A stretch of DNA of 61,563 nucleotides, filler included. It is 8 parts of 8 records of this genome, joined end to end, with 100 filler letters (N's around TTAATTAATTAA, not from the genome) between each part and the next. Parts side by side here need not be neighbours in the genome. Positions count along the whole stretch, not along the records: positions 22,930 to 31,551 come from SRR31147125_71245; positions 31,652 to 41,247 come from SRR31147125_71269; 6 more parts are not named here. One strand, given 5' to 3'. The position numbers were made by a program, and so were the translations under genes. The notes under the pieces were generated by a model. The model was not told where the DNA came from and did not search any database. It worked only from the letters and a program-made list of their open reading frames with translations. Positions 29,708 through 41,347 of the stretch are shown here, piece by piece (the first letter of the stretch is position 1; each line of letters opens with the position of its first letter).

Positions 29708-31522
29708 TCACCCGGGCAGGTTGCGGGAGGCAGCGTACTTCAGGCTCCTGTCCACCAGCATTTTTTCCTGCATCAGTTCGTTGAGTACGCCGAAGTCCCC
29801 TGTTTTCTCCGCTTCTTTAATTTTCCCCATCAGGGACTCGGACCGTCTCTTCATCTGTTCCCTGTCCAGCCAGAGAGCGATCTCCTCCATCATCTGATCC
29901 GTATCTTTCTGCACCGCGGTTTCACTCCGGTCGGTAAGCATCGATGCCACCAGTCCACGTTCCTCCCCCTGAGGCAGCTCACTGAACAGATCTTCCGGCG
30001 TCGGTACCCCCGCTCCCTGGTCATGTAGAACCTTGAGCTGGAGGCAGATCGTCTCCCCCACCGTTCCGGCCAGGACTCGTTCGATTCCGTGTTCGAGCAA
30101 TTGACCAAAGTACTTCGGGTGACGAACCATGAACCCGACCAGGAATTTCAGCGAACCGGCGAGCTCGATCCTCCGCCCGACCGGTTTTACTGCCTGTTCA
30201 ACTGCACCCTGTATCAGATCGGGAGCTTTTGGCCTGACCTCTGTCAGGAGACGCTGCGGGTCAAAATTGAGTTTCTCGGCGAAGTGCTTCGCCATCGCAT
30301 CACGCTGTACCGATGATGCCGCCGCCTCAACCAGGGGCCGCAATTCCTCAATAATCCGGAATTTTCCGTCAAGGGTTTCTCCATGCCGCTCGACAAACCG
30401 CCCCAGTGCAAATTCTGGAAGCGGTTCAGCCCGATCGATTAATGAGACCAATTGTTCGATTCCATACTGGGACACATAGGTATCCGGATCGTGTTCCGGA
30501 GGCAACTGGACCACCAGCCCGCCGATCTGTTCCGCCAGAAAAAGCGGGACGCTGCGCTCTGCCGCCTTCATTCCGGCAGAATCGCCGTCAAAGAGTACGA
30601 CCACCTCATCGACCATCGGCTTCAGAAGCCTCAACTGCTCCCTGGTCAGTGCCGTACCAAGCGGTGCGACACAGTGATCGATCCCCCGCGCCGCCAGTGC
30701 CAGCAGGTCGAAATTTCCCTCGACAAGAACCGCCCGCCGCTGCCTGCGGATCGTATCGCGGTGCTGGTAAAGGCCGAACAGCAGCCTGCTCTTGTTGTAG
30801 ACAGGACTCTCAGGCGAGTTGAGATACTTGGGTTCACCATCCCCGAGAATTCTGCCGCCGAACCCGCACACCTGCCCTCGGCTGTCGTAAATGGGACACA
30901 TGATCCGGTCTCTGAAGCGGTCGTAGCCACGCGAATTCTCTTTGGCGACCTGCAGACCGATGGTCAGGGCCAGGCTGCGCTCCTCGTCTGAAAGATGTGC
31001 AGCCAGGTAGTTCCATCCCGCCATTTTCACCGACGGCGCATAGCCCAGCTGGTAACGCCGGAGGATGTCGTCCGGTATCCCCCTCTGCTGAAGGTAGTGC
31101 CGAGCCGGCTCAGCGCCTTTTTCGCTGACGAGGTAACGATGATACAGGGCAGCCGCTTTCTCATTGAGCGCAAACATCTTCTTCCGGCGCTCTTCCTCTT
31201 CTCGCTGTCGCGGGCTGCGTTTCTTTTCAGGGAGATCGACCTGGTAGCGCAGGGCCAGTGTTTTCAGGGCTTCGGGAAAATCCAGGTTATGGTAGTCCAT
31301 CATGAAGGAGAACACGTCGCCTGAAGCCTTGCAGCCGAAACAATGGTAAAACTGCTGATCGGGATGGACGGTGAACGACGGTGTTTTCTCCCCGTGGAAG
31401 GGGCACAGACCAAGATACCTGAACCCGCTTCGTTTCAGGTCTACGTGCTCGCGGATAATCTCGACGATATCCGCCCGCTCTTTAACGAGATTTTTTGCTT
31501 CTTCCCAGGATTCTGTTGCCAT
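29708..31522 (-). CDS. dnaG: DNA primase
   Basis: CPFHGEKTPSF...CFGC zinc finger, DRFRDRIM, KYLNSPE, TOPRIM VEG...FDGDSAG and DPD. Confidence 0.97.
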   Translation of the reverse strand: MATESWEEAKNLVKERADIVEIIREHVDLKRSGFRYLGLCPFHGEKTPSFTVHPDQQFYHCFGCKASGDVFSFMMDYHNLDFPEALKTLALRYQVDLPEKKRSPRQREEEERRKKMFALNEKAAALYHRYLVSEKGAEPARHYLQQRGIPDDILRRYQLGYAPSVKMAGWNYLAAHLSDEERSLALTIGLQVAKENSRGYDRFRDRIMCPIYDSRGQVCGFGGRILGDGEPKYLNSPESPVYNKSRLLFGLYQHRDTIRRQRRAVLVEGNFDLLALAARGIDHCVAPLGTALTREQLRLLKPMVDEVVVLFDGDSAGMKAAERSVPLFLAEQIGGLVVQLPPEHDPDTYVSQYGIEQLVSLIDRAEPLPEFALGRFVERHGETLDGKFRIIEELRPLVEAAASSVQRDAMAKHFAEKLNFDPQRLLTEVRPKAPDLIQGAVEQAVKPVGRRIELAGSLKFLVGFMVRHPKYFGQLLEHGIERVLAGTVGETICLQLKVLHDQGAGVPTPEDLFSELPQGEERGLVASMLTDRSETAVQKDTDQMMEEIALWLDREQMKRRSESLMGKIKEAEKTGDFGVLNELMQEKMLVDRSLKYAASRNLPG

Positions 31523-31551
31523 CTGTTACCACTTGTTCGACGGCTGTCGCC

Positions 31552-31651
31552 NNNNNNNNNNNNNNNNNNNNNNNNNNNNNNNNNNNNNNNNNNNNTTAAT
31601 TAATTAANNNNNNNNNNNNNNNNNNNNNNNNNNNNNNNNNNNNNNNNNNNN
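31552..31651. other. Artificial contig spacer
   Basis: N44-TTAATTAATTAA-N44. Confidence 0.98.
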
Positions 31652-31652
31652 G

Positions 31653-32438
31653 GGAAAAGATAATTATACTATCGGCTATGTGGCAGCTGAATCTTTGTTG
31701 CAATTACAATCTGCTCCACGCTATAAATTAAAGCAGCTTACTGGCCATAATAACGCCTATATTGCTGCCCCTCAGGTTTTTTATTTCGAGCCGCAACAAA
31801 CCTGGTACCTGATCTTTCAGACACGCGATTCCAATTATCAGCCTGTTTATTCCACAACGAAAACCATTGAATTACCGGATTCATGGAGTGAACCTTTTCC
31901 ACTAATCAAAAAAGAGGATAAAACAAAATGGATTGATTTCTGGATCCTGTGTGACAAAAAAAATGCTTATATGTATTATACGCGCGGTCATAAGGATGTC
32001 TATGTTATGTCAACCCCAATTAACGCCTTTCCAAACGGATTCTCGAATGCCCAAATGGTGTTTTCACCTGTCCACGAATCGGTTCATGTCTATAAGGTCA
32101 AAGGGACAAAGGAATATCATATGTTTTATGAATTGAGTGCGACGAATGGATTGAGACATTTTGGTCTGGCAACTGCGGAACAGCCTTTGGGTCCCTGGAC
32201 AATTAAAAATAATCGTTATGCAATGAAAAGTAATCTGATTTACAAAGATCCAGCCAATAAATGGACAGAAGAAGTGTCGCACGGGGAACTTTTACGAACC
32301 GGTTATGATCAAAAATTGGAATATGATCCTGAGAAGTCTGAATTTTTAATCCAGGGTCTGCTGGAAAAAGAGCATAAGGGGTCCTATAAAAACCTGCCCT
32401 GGAAACTGGGTATTATTAAGAAAAGCATAACAGAATGA
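31653..32438 (+). CDS. GH62-like alpha-L-arabinofuranosidase, 5' truncated
   Basis: APQVFYFEPQQTWYLIFQ, WIDFWILCD, HESVHVYKVKG and VSHGELLRTGYDQ. The frame is open from the contig edge. Confidence 0.8.
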   Translation, partial: GKDNYTIGYVAAESLLQLQSAPRYKLKQLTGHNNAYIAAPQVFYFEPQQTWYLIFQTRDSNYQPVYSTTKTIELPDSWSEPFPLIKKEDKTKWIDFWILCDKKNAYMYYTRGHKDVYVMSTPINAFPNGFSNAQMVFSPVHESVHVYKVKGTKEYHMFYELSATNGLRHFGLATAEQPLGPWTIKNNRYAMKSNLIYKDPANKWTEEVSHGELLRTGYDQKLEYDPEKSEFLIQGLLEKEHKGSYKNLPWKLGIIKKSITE

Positions 32439-32629
32439 ACTGTTGCACTTTTTACTTGAACTCAAGTCTTATAAACTTTTTAAAAAGTTGAATAATGTAA
32501 AAAGAAAAAAGTATGACCTTCAGGAAAATATTGTATATTTAAGAGATAGCTGATTCAGCTTGTCAGGTTTAAATAAAAAATAATTGATGAGCAATTTATT
32601 TACTGTATTTTTTCGTATGGAGAGATAAT

Positions 32630-33799
32630 ATGCTATTTACAAAGGAATACAAAAAGTATATATTTGTTTTTCTGATTTTGTTGGTCAATTTGATTTTTGG
32701 AAATTGTTCTGTTAAAAAAAACTCTACAGTCTCGCCTAAGGATTGTCTCGTTTATACCGGTACATACACAAGCGGAGATAGCGAGGGTATTTATATTTAC
32801 CGTTTAAATATGTCCAACGGGGAATTGACATATTATTCCAAAGCTACCAGTATCGAGAATCCATCGTTTCTGGCCTTTCATCCAAACAGAGAATATCTCT
32901 ACTCTGTTAATCAAAAACGTGATTCTTTTGGTTTTATCAGTGCCTTTAAAGTGGATCCACAAACAGGCGATCTGACATTTTTAAACCAACAATCTTCTGA
33001 AGGCGCAGGTCCGTGCCATGTATCCGTCGATAAAACAGGGGAATGGGTGTTAGCCGCAAACTATACAGAGGGAACTGTTTGTATTTTACCTATAAAAAAG
33101 GATGGTAGCCTGGGGCCGGCTACGGATGTGAAAACGCATGAGGGCAAAAGTGTTCATCCAGATCGTCAAACAAAACCACATCCCCATCCCATCTGGGTTT
33201 CACCAGACAACCGTTTTGTTTTTGTGCCTGATCTCGGCCTTGATAAAATAATGATTTACAAACTGGATTTGAAAAATGGTAAATTAATACCAAACGATCC
33301 GTCTTCCTTTGACACGGTTCCCGGTGCAGGTCCCCGACATTTCACGTTTCATCCAACCGGCACTTTCGGTTTTGTGATAAACGAGTTGAATTCAACCATA
33401 ACTTCCTTGAATTATAATGCGGCAAAGGGTTCTTTTGCCTGGATCGAAACAGTAAGCACATTACCAAAAGATTTTGTTGAATCCAACACCTGTGCAGATA
33501 TTCATGTAACAGCTAACGGGAAATTCGTCTATGGCTCAAACCGGGGACATGATAGTATTGCTGCATTTAGATGTCAAGATAACGGAAAACTCGTATTTGT
33601 TGAAACTGAATCCACCCAGGGAAAATCACCACGAAATTTTGCCATTGATCCTACAGGAAAAATTCTTCTGGCTGCCAATCAAAATACTGATAATGTGGCT
33701 ACCTATTGGATAAACCAGAATACTGGAGAACTGGAAGCCTCTGGCTTTCAGGTAAAGATTCCAATGCCCGTTTGTTTAAAGCTTGTACCTGTCCCATAG
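32630..33799 (+). CDS. pgl: 6-phosphogluconolactonase family (7-bladed lactonase), exported
   Basis: YTGTYT, NPSFL, GPCHVSVD, ANY, DLGLD, GAGPRH, SNRGHDSI and PRNF. Confidence 0.88.
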   Translation: MLFTKEYKKYIFVFLILLVNLIFGNCSVKKNSTVSPKDCLVYTGTYTSGDSEGIYIYRLNMSNGELTYYSKATSIENPSFLAFHPNREYLYSVNQKRDSFGFISAFKVDPQTGDLTFLNQQSSEGAGPCHVSVDKTGEWVLAANYTEGTVCILPIKKDGSLGPATDVKTHEGKSVHPDRQTKPHPHPIWVSPDNRFVFVPDLGLDKIMIYKLDLKNGKLIPNDPSSFDTVPGAGPRHFTFHPTGTFGFVINELNSTITSLNYNAAKGSFAWIETVSTLPKDFVESNTCADIHVTANGKFVYGSNRGHDSIAAFRCQDNGKLVFVETESTQGKSPRNFAIDPTGKILLAANQNTDNVATYWINQNTGELEASGFQVKIPMPVCLKLVPVP

Positions 33800-33832
33800 A
33801 TTTATTTTGTTTTTTTGTAGGAGGGAGTTTTT

Positions 33833-35158
33833 ATGATAAAGTATTATCAATTGTTTCTTGTAACGGTGATATTTACTCTACTGTCCCCTATTTTTTTTTC
33901 AAAGCACGATTTCAGTTTATCGAAAGGATTTTTTGATTCAAATTCATGGCAATTTGAAGCGCAACGTCAGGAAATCTCACCAAAGTGGTGGGTTGATGAA
34001 AAATCTCGTTTAGAGGGAGAAGCAACGCTGGCCCTTTCCGGCAATGGAAAGTTTTTTGCCAATGGCTGCTGGACTAAAGTTGTGGCAATTCAGCCCAACG
34101 AATATTATGAATTCGAAACCTATTTTCTGACCGAAAACGTCGAGGAACCGAACAAATGTATATTAGCGCGTATTTTATGGCAAAACGCAGAAGGAAAACA
34201 AATTGGTCGTGCCGAATATCCGGCCACCATGCGGGGTGAAAAGAAGAATGGTTGGCATACTTTAGCTCAAATATATAAAAGTCCTGAAAAAACAAAAAAA
34301 GCCAAACTGGAATTGATCTATCGTTGGGATGCCAATGGTATGGTTCATTTTGGCGGTATCCGGTTTGAAAAAACCTCCAAGCCGGCTTCACGTCTTGTTC
34401 GCCTGGCAAGTATCCATCATAAACCAAAGGAACGCACATCAACACAGGATAATCTAAAGCGATTTGCTCAGTTTATCATTCAGGCGGGTGAACAGAAAGC
34501 CGATATTGTTTGTTTACCGGAAGGTATTACTGTGGTTAATACCGGGCAGAAATATGTGGATGTAAGCGAACCTGTTCCAGGTCCTTCAACCCGGTTCCTC
34601 GGAAAGCTTGCTAAAAAATACAACATGTATATTATCGCGGGCATTTATGAGAGAGACGGTGCAGCTGTTTACAATACAGCTGTTCTCCTCGACCGGGCAG
34701 GAGTCCTGGCCGGTAAATATCGTAAAGTGTGCCTTCCCCGTGAAGAGATCGAGCGTGGTTTGACGCCAGGTGATTCTTTTCCGGTGTTTGATACGGATTT
34801 TGGCCGAATTGGTATGATGATTTGCTGGGATGTCTTTTTTCCTGAACCGGCACGAATGTTAGCCCTAAAAGGTGCTGACATCATATTTCTGCCCATTTGG
34901 GGTGGAAACCTGACACTGGCACAAGCCAGGGCTATAGAGAATCAGGTTTATTTGGTATCCTCAACCTATAATATGAAATCAGGCGTATTTGATCAGGAAG
35001 GGAAACTCGTTGCTGAAGCAGATGAGAACACCCCGGTTATTGTCTATGAAGTGGATCTGAATAAGCAAAAGCTCTGGCCTTTTTTAGGAGATTTTAAAAA
35101 TCGAATTCCGCGTGAAATGCCTTTTAAAAAGACCTTGGATTATCTTGATGTTGATTAA
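33833..35158 (+). CDS. Carbon-nitrogen hydrolase with N-terminal jelly-roll/CBM-like domain
   Basis: Signal peptide, then a ~170-aa beta-rich domain, then the nitrilase triad CLPE / YRK / ICWD and ARAIEN. Confidence 0.85.
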   Translation: MIKYYQLFLVTVIFTLLSPIFFSKHDFSLSKGFFDSNSWQFEAQRQEISPKWWVDEKSRLEGEATLALSGNGKFFANGCWTKVVAIQPNEYYEFETYFLTENVEEPNKCILARILWQNAEGKQIGRAEYPATMRGEKKNGWHTLAQIYKSPEKTKKAKLELIYRWDANGMVHFGGIRFEKTSKPASRLVRLASIHHKPKERTSTQDNLKRFAQFIIQAGEQKADIVCLPEGITVVNTGQKYVDVSEPVPGPSTRFLGKLAKKYNMYIIAGIYERDGAAVYNTAVLLDRAGVLAGKYRKVCLPREEIERGLTPGDSFPVFDTDFGRIGMMICWDVFFPEPARMLALKGADIIFLPIWGGNLTLAQARAIENQVYLVSSTYNMKSGVFDQEGKLVAEADENTPVIVYEVDLNKQKLWPFLGDFKNRIPREMPFKKTLDYLDVD

Positions 35159-35286
35159 CCTGACTTACGGTTTTGAGCCTCCTGATAACGAATGTAGAGA
35201 ATTATTTACAATGTACTTTATTATGTTGTTCCTTTAAGTGAAGTTTTTGGTGATTAACGATTCTGGTTTTAAAGGAGGATATTTTA

Positions 35287-36495
35287 ATGAGACAAAAAAG
35301 CTATTCTCGCCGCCATTTTATAAATTCTCTGGCCACAGGAACGACTCTTTTGGGAATGTCCCAATTATTACCTGCATGTAAAACAAACAAAAAACAAACT
35401 TTATTAAAAGCGCCTTCTTATTTAAACGATTATGAGACACTATATCAGAACAATCCGAAAAAAGCAGCTTTGAATTGGTTCAGCGAGGCCAGATTTGGCA
35501 TGTTTATCCATTATGGCCTTTATTCGTTGCTGGGACGGCATGAATGGGTGATGTTGCGGGAGAGAATACCTGTTGCAGAGTATGAAAAGCTGCAAAATCA
35601 ATTCACGGCAGAGAAATTTGATGCTGATTTTATTACCGATCTTGCCTTGGCAGCACACATGAATTATATTACCATTACTTCCAAACACCATGATGGATTT
35701 TGTTTGTTTTCTACAAAGCAACATGACTATCACGCCAAATCTTCTCCGGCAGGTCGGGATCTGATTGGTGAGCTTGCTGCAGCCTGTCAGAAAAAAGGGC
35801 TGGGTCTTTTTCTTTATTACTCTTATGCGGCTGACTGGTGGCATCCTTATTTCTACAGTCGGGATGCCGGTTGGAACAATGCGAGGCCAGCCTATGATTT
35901 TCCGGAATCCCGATATAAATGGAGCAAAGATGAGGATTTTCGAATTTATGTCGATTATGTCCATTCTCAACTCCGGGAGTTGTTGACAAATTACGGTCCT
36001 ATTGCCGGGATCTGGTTTGATCCGATTATGGGCTATTATGCACGCCCGGATTTGTTCCCAATTGAAGAGACTTATGCGTTGATTCGCTCTTTACAACCAC
36101 AAACACTGATCTCTTTTAAACAGGGCGCTTCCGGCACAGAGGATTTTGGCGCACCAGAGCGATCCGGACATTCTTTATATGATCGGGTGAATAAAATGTA
36201 TCCACAAAATGCAGAAATTGCTAAAAAAGCATGGGAAGGCAATCAGCATAAACACAATGAAATTTGCGATACTTTGCAGCCAAGAGGGTGGGGCTACATT
36301 AAAAAGGACGATGGTTCTCATAAAAAGACTGATGATGTAATGGCCATGCTTAGTAATGCGGATTCGCAAAAGATGAATCTGCTCCTGAACACCGGACCGC
36401 TTGGGCATGGGGGTATTCATCCTGAGGATGTCGATACCTTGCATAAAGTAGGAGAGCGAATCAGAAGGGATGGATTTCCAAAAGCCGGAAGTTGA
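35287..36495 (+). CDS. GH29 alpha-L-fucosidase family, Tat lipoprotein
   Basis: SRRHF Tat motif and LPAC lipobox, WFSEARFGMFIHYGLYS, TSKHHDGF, GIWFD and LLLNTGP. Confidence 0.92.
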   Translation: MRQKSYSRRHFINSLATGTTLLGMSQLLPACKTNKKQTLLKAPSYLNDYETLYQNNPKKAALNWFSEARFGMFIHYGLYSLLGRHEWVMLRERIPVAEYEKLQNQFTAEKFDADFITDLALAAHMNYITITSKHHDGFCLFSTKQHDYHAKSSPAGRDLIGELAAACQKKGLGLFLYYSYAADWWHPYFYSRDAGWNNARPAYDFPESRYKWSKDEDFRIYVDYVHSQLRELLTNYGPIAGIWFDPIMGYYARPDLFPIEETYALIRSLQPQTLISFKQGASGTEDFGAPERSGHSLYDRVNKMYPQNAEIAKKAWEGNQHKHNEICDTLQPRGWGYIKKDDGSHKKTDDVMAMLSNADSQKMNLLLNTGPLGHGGIHPEDVDTLHKVGERIRRDGFPKAGS

Positions 36496-36606
36496 GTGAT
36501 TCCATAAATGGGAACATCGGTTCCCGATTCCTGGCTTGCTAAATTAAGAACCGACTGAATTACAATGAAATTAGTGCGAATGTCGATTAGAATAAAGGAA
36601 ATGTAA

Positions 36607-38678
36607 ATGAAAAAGTTATTGCTATTGGTTTTTTTGTCATTGTAACAGGCCATCTTCAAGGGCGGGAGATAAACCTGAAAGCCGGGAATACCATATCTGC
36701 TGTTGAAATGGACAAGGGAGATATTATTCATTTTACCTTGAAAAATGAGAGAAATGTAAATTTAGAGCTCGTTGAATGTAAAACAAATATTATATTTACT
36801 ACTTTGGATACGTTGAAAAAAGGATCCAATCGAAACGCAACGATTTATTCGATGACATGCAAGGTTCGTATTGACGGTCAATTAATGGAGATGGTAAGAT
36901 ATGTGCCTGTTCAACAATCCTTTTATGAACCATACGTTGTAAATGGATTGAGAATTTGGTTCGATGCCTTGGGTGATTTGAATACGTTATTCAATGAAAA
37001 TCATGGCAAATGCGTACCGTTAAAGGATGCCAGATTTGTTTTGCAGGATGCGACTTTGCCTATTTGTCCTGTAGGATTAAGCAACTGGTTTCCGATAGCG
37101 GATAACTTTATTGATGTATATGATTGTTATGGTGGTGAAGACACGTGGTTAGGGACCTATTTTGGCTCTGATTTGCATGGCGGTCTGGATATTGATATGC
37201 CAATAAATACACCACTATGTGCACCTCTGGATTTTGATGTGCAATATTATTTTAACTCACTGGAAGGTGGGCATAATAATAACAGATGGCGTGGCATAAA
37301 ATACTGGGACAATGGCGACATCTGGACGTTGCAAACTCATCACTTGATAGATTTATTGGTTCCGGAATATCAGGGACTTGAACAGGGAATCACCTATGCG
37401 CATGCTGCCGGTGTTTTAAGCGGATATGCTCCGCACACTCATTTTGTGTTCAAGATCAAACAAAAAGATAAAGAATCCATTCTTATTGATCCATGGATTC
37501 TATTTTGGCAGATTTTTCGTAACAATAAAAAGAAAGCAGGCGCTATAATTGCCAATATTGAGCCGGTAAAACCTGCTAAAACAGGCGAAACAGTATTTTT
37601 TAAAAGTACGGGATGCAGAGCGGGTGTCACAGGAAACGGATTACAGTATTATTGGACCTTTGGTGATGGCGGATTTTCAGTTGAAAAGGATCCACAACAT
37701 ATTTATCAAAACGCTGGAATCTATCCTGTAAGCCTGATTGTGTTTGATGGCACGGCTAAAGAACTGTTTACACAACATATCACGGTAAACGGTGAGCAAT
37801 ATGAAAAGCCGGGCTTTTCGCTGGTGTGTGAAGATGAAACCGGTTTTATCCGTCAACCCTCTTTTGTGATGAATACGTATGGTGCCACCTCCGTTATCCC
37901 TCATTCTGTTCACTTTACCGCCTTTCGGAAAAGTCAGTTTAAACCTTTGTCAAAAGTGATGAAAATTAAGAATTTCGACAAATTAAACTGGAAACAGGGA
38001 CACCATGCTGCTGCAAACATAAGAATTGATTATAAACATGGCCATAATTGGCTCAATATTGAGAAAAAATTGGATTCTGCCGAGCCAAAGGTTGTGTTAA
38101 CGCCCGTGATGGAGAATGTCATCAGGCGAGTTGGTCAGTATGAAGCTTTTCTTTATGTTAGTCATGAGGATGCGATAAACTCACAGCAGGTTGTTAGAAT
38201 TGTTTTAACGATAGCTGAAAATGAACCGGATAGTATTATCACAATTGACAATCAAAATGAGAATTGCTATTCGTCTCCCAGCTTTTGGCTCTCGCCTCGT
38301 TTTCGTTACGAATGGTTTAAAAGTTACGGGAGGGATTTTTTAATAAATGCCAGTAATGAGAAAGATCAGTTCGTCAGATACACTCCGGAATTAACGTCGG
38401 GTATTTATGAAATAGAACTTACCAGTCCGGCTTTTCAACAACCGGAATTGAAAAAAAACGTGGATGGATTTTATGTTAAAGTGAAACATAAAAATGGTAT
38501 GGATAAAATATGGATGGATCCGTTGCAAAATTTTAAAGTGGGAGAGTTTGAATTTAATCCGGGACGGGATGGTTATGTTGAAATTGTAACAAACGAATCA
38601 AAAGGGTTGATAATTGCCGATGCTGTCATTTTTAAATTGAAAAATAAAGTAAATGCTGGTATTACTAATGTGAAGTAA
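36607..38678 (+). CDS. Secreted M23-peptidase-like + PKD domain protein (1-nt frameshift in the T-run ~36630)
   Basis: Restoring one T gives the signal MKKLLLLVFFVIVTGHLQG. Contains HGGLDID and PHTHF (HxxxD/HxH), PKD YWTFGDG and a C-terminal IIADAVIF module. Confidence 0.7.
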
Positions 38679-38766
38679 ATCGAATACTTTTTTTTATCAA
38701 GTATGTTCATAAACATTTTTAGAAAAAAGAAGAGTTTTTAAACATACAGTTAAAAGGAGGCACACC

Positions 38767-41247
38767 ATGACAACCAGTCGTCGTGCTTTTTTAAAAGCCA
38801 CAGCATTATGTAGCGCCATTTTGTCATCCTGCACGAAAATAACATCCAGTGAAAAAAGAAGTAAAAGTCAAAACTCATTTACTGCTGGTGAGTTAACGGG
38901 AGATAAACACCAAAAGGTATATGAAAATGAAAAATGTCTTCAGGTTGCCATGCCTTTGGGAGGTATCGGCGCTGGCAGTATCTGTTTGAATGGTTCCGGT
39001 GCTTTGCAGGATTTTTCAATCCGCAACAAGCCGGATACATCGGCATTGCCGGATGGACATCGCTCTACAGATGCGGCATTTGCATTGTTACATATAAAGG
39101 GTGAAAATAGCACAACGAAACTTGTTGAAGGTCCTCTACCGTTGGAAAAAATATATGACCAGGGACTCAAAGGTCAGGGATTCCGGCAGGGTGGCTATGA
39201 AGGCCTGCCACGATTTGAAAAGTGTTCTTTTAAAGGGGAATACCCGTTCGGTACGGCCACTCTTTCCGATCCGGAGGTTCCTGTTACAGTCTCCATTACC
39301 GGTTTTAATCCGTTCATTCCACTTGATGATAAAAATTCCGGTATCCCGTGCGCCATTCTGGAATATACACTTGAGAACACGTCCCCAAAAACTGTTGATT
39401 ACGAATTCTCATATCATCTATCCCATTTGGCCAAAGGTAGCAGGGAGACTCTTTTCTTTTAATAAAGTTCTGCCGGGCAGAGGAATTTATTTTTACAACG
39501 AAGATCATCCATACAGTGAACACATGGGAAGTGCAGCTTTGGCTGTTATTGGCCATGAACCTGTCATCAAGGGGATGTGGTTTCGAGGTGGATGGTTTGA
39601 CAGCGTTTCCGCTCTTTGGCGGGAAGTTTCAACCGGTCAGTTTCAGCCCAATAATGGTTCCAATAACATTGATAAACGTGGCCGTAATGGTGGTTCGATT
39701 ATGCTCAAAGGAAGCCTGAAAGCCAAAGTAAAAATCACTTTTCCTGTTTTAATAACATGGTATTTCCCCAATTGTCACTATTCCCATGGACGTATGAATG
39801 ATGGAAGTAATGAGGCTGAAAATACGAATCGGAAACCGAACTGGCGTCCATGGTATGTGTCGCAGTGGAAAGGTGCTCAGGATGTGGCTGATTATGTAAT
39901 AAATAATTTTAAAGATCTACGATCCCGTACGTTATCTTTTCGTGATGCCCTTTTTTCTTCAACATTACCATCCTATGTGCTTGATGCTGTTTCAGCCAAT
40001 TTGGCCATACTTAAATCACCAACGGTCCTGAGACAGGAAAATGGCAATATATGGGCCTGGGAAGGATGTTTCTGCAGCCATGGGTGTTGTCATGGCTCAT
40101 GTACACATGTATGGAACTATGCCCAGGCATTTCCTCATCTCTTTCCGGCTCTTGAAAGGACACTCAGAGAGCAGGAACTGGGACGATCCATGGACGTAAA
40201 AGGGCATGTCACCTTTCGCTCCGCTCTACCGGATGGACCTACCCGCCATACCTTTCATGCTGCTTCAGATGGTCAGCTGGGTGGAATCATGAAAGTGTAT
40301 CGTGACTGGCAGATATGCGGCGGTGATTTATGGCTGAGAAAAATGTATCCCCTGGCTAAAAAGAGTATGGACTATTGCATAAAAACGTGGGATCCACGGC
40401 ATAAAGGGATTCTTGAGGAACCACATCATAATACCTATGACATCGAGTTCTGGGGGCCGGAGGGTATGTGTTCCAGTATTTATCTTGGTGCTCTGGCTGC
40501 TATTGCCAGCATGGCCGGCTATGTGGGAAAAGCGAGTGATCAGGAGTTTTATCAGGGATTGGCAAAAAAAGGCGCCAAAGCACTGGATGAAATTGTATTT
40601 AATGGTGAGTATTACGAGCAAAAAGTAACCTATACTGGTTTGCGGGATACGTCTTTTGCAAAACATATCGCTACGGTAAATGAGAAGAGTGGCGAAGTTG
40701 ACAAACTCTTAAAAAAAGAGGGACCCAAATATCAATATGGAAAAGGTTGTTTGTCAGATGGAGTCATTGGTGCCTGGATGGCGAAAATTTATGGGATAAG
40801 CTCACCGCAGACTGTATCTAATATTAAAAAGAATCTGCAATCAATATACAAATATAATTTTAAAACCGATCTGTTTGATCATGCCAACGCACAACGTCCC
40901 GGTTATGCCATTGGTCATGAACCCGGTCTATTGCTCTGTTCATGGCCAAAAGGCGGCAAGCCAACATTGCCCTTTGTTTATTCTGATGAAGTCTGGACCG
41001 GTATAGAATACCAGGTTGCTTCACATTTGATCGAAGAGGGATTTGTGGAGGAAGGATTGACCATCGTCAAGGCTGTACGATACAGATATGATGGGCACCG
41101 CCGCAATCCGTGGAACGAATACGAGTGCGGTAATTATTATGCCAGAGCCATGGCCAGTTATGCCCTCATTGGTTCGTTATCCGGATTCCGGTATTCTGCA
41201 GTGGAAAAGAAGCTCATGTTTGGTCCAAAAATAAAAGAGGATTCTTT
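38767..41247 (+). CDS. GH116 glycoside hydrolase (non-lysosomal glucosylceramidase-like), Tat-exported, 3' truncated, frameshift near 39445-39460
   Basis: SRRAFLK, MPLGGIGAG, WEGC...SCTHVWNYAQ, HNTYDIEFWG, EVWTGIEY and NPWNEYECG. The net shift is +1/-2. Confidence 0.9.
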
Positions 41248-41347
41248 NNNNNNNNNNNNNNNNNNNNNNNNNNNNNNNNNNNNNNNNNNNNTTAATTAAT
41301 TAANNNNNNNNNNNNNNNNNNNNNNNNNNNNNNNNNNNNNNNNNNNN
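41248..41347. other. Artificial contig spacer
   Basis: N44-TTAATTAATTAA-N44. Confidence 0.98.
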
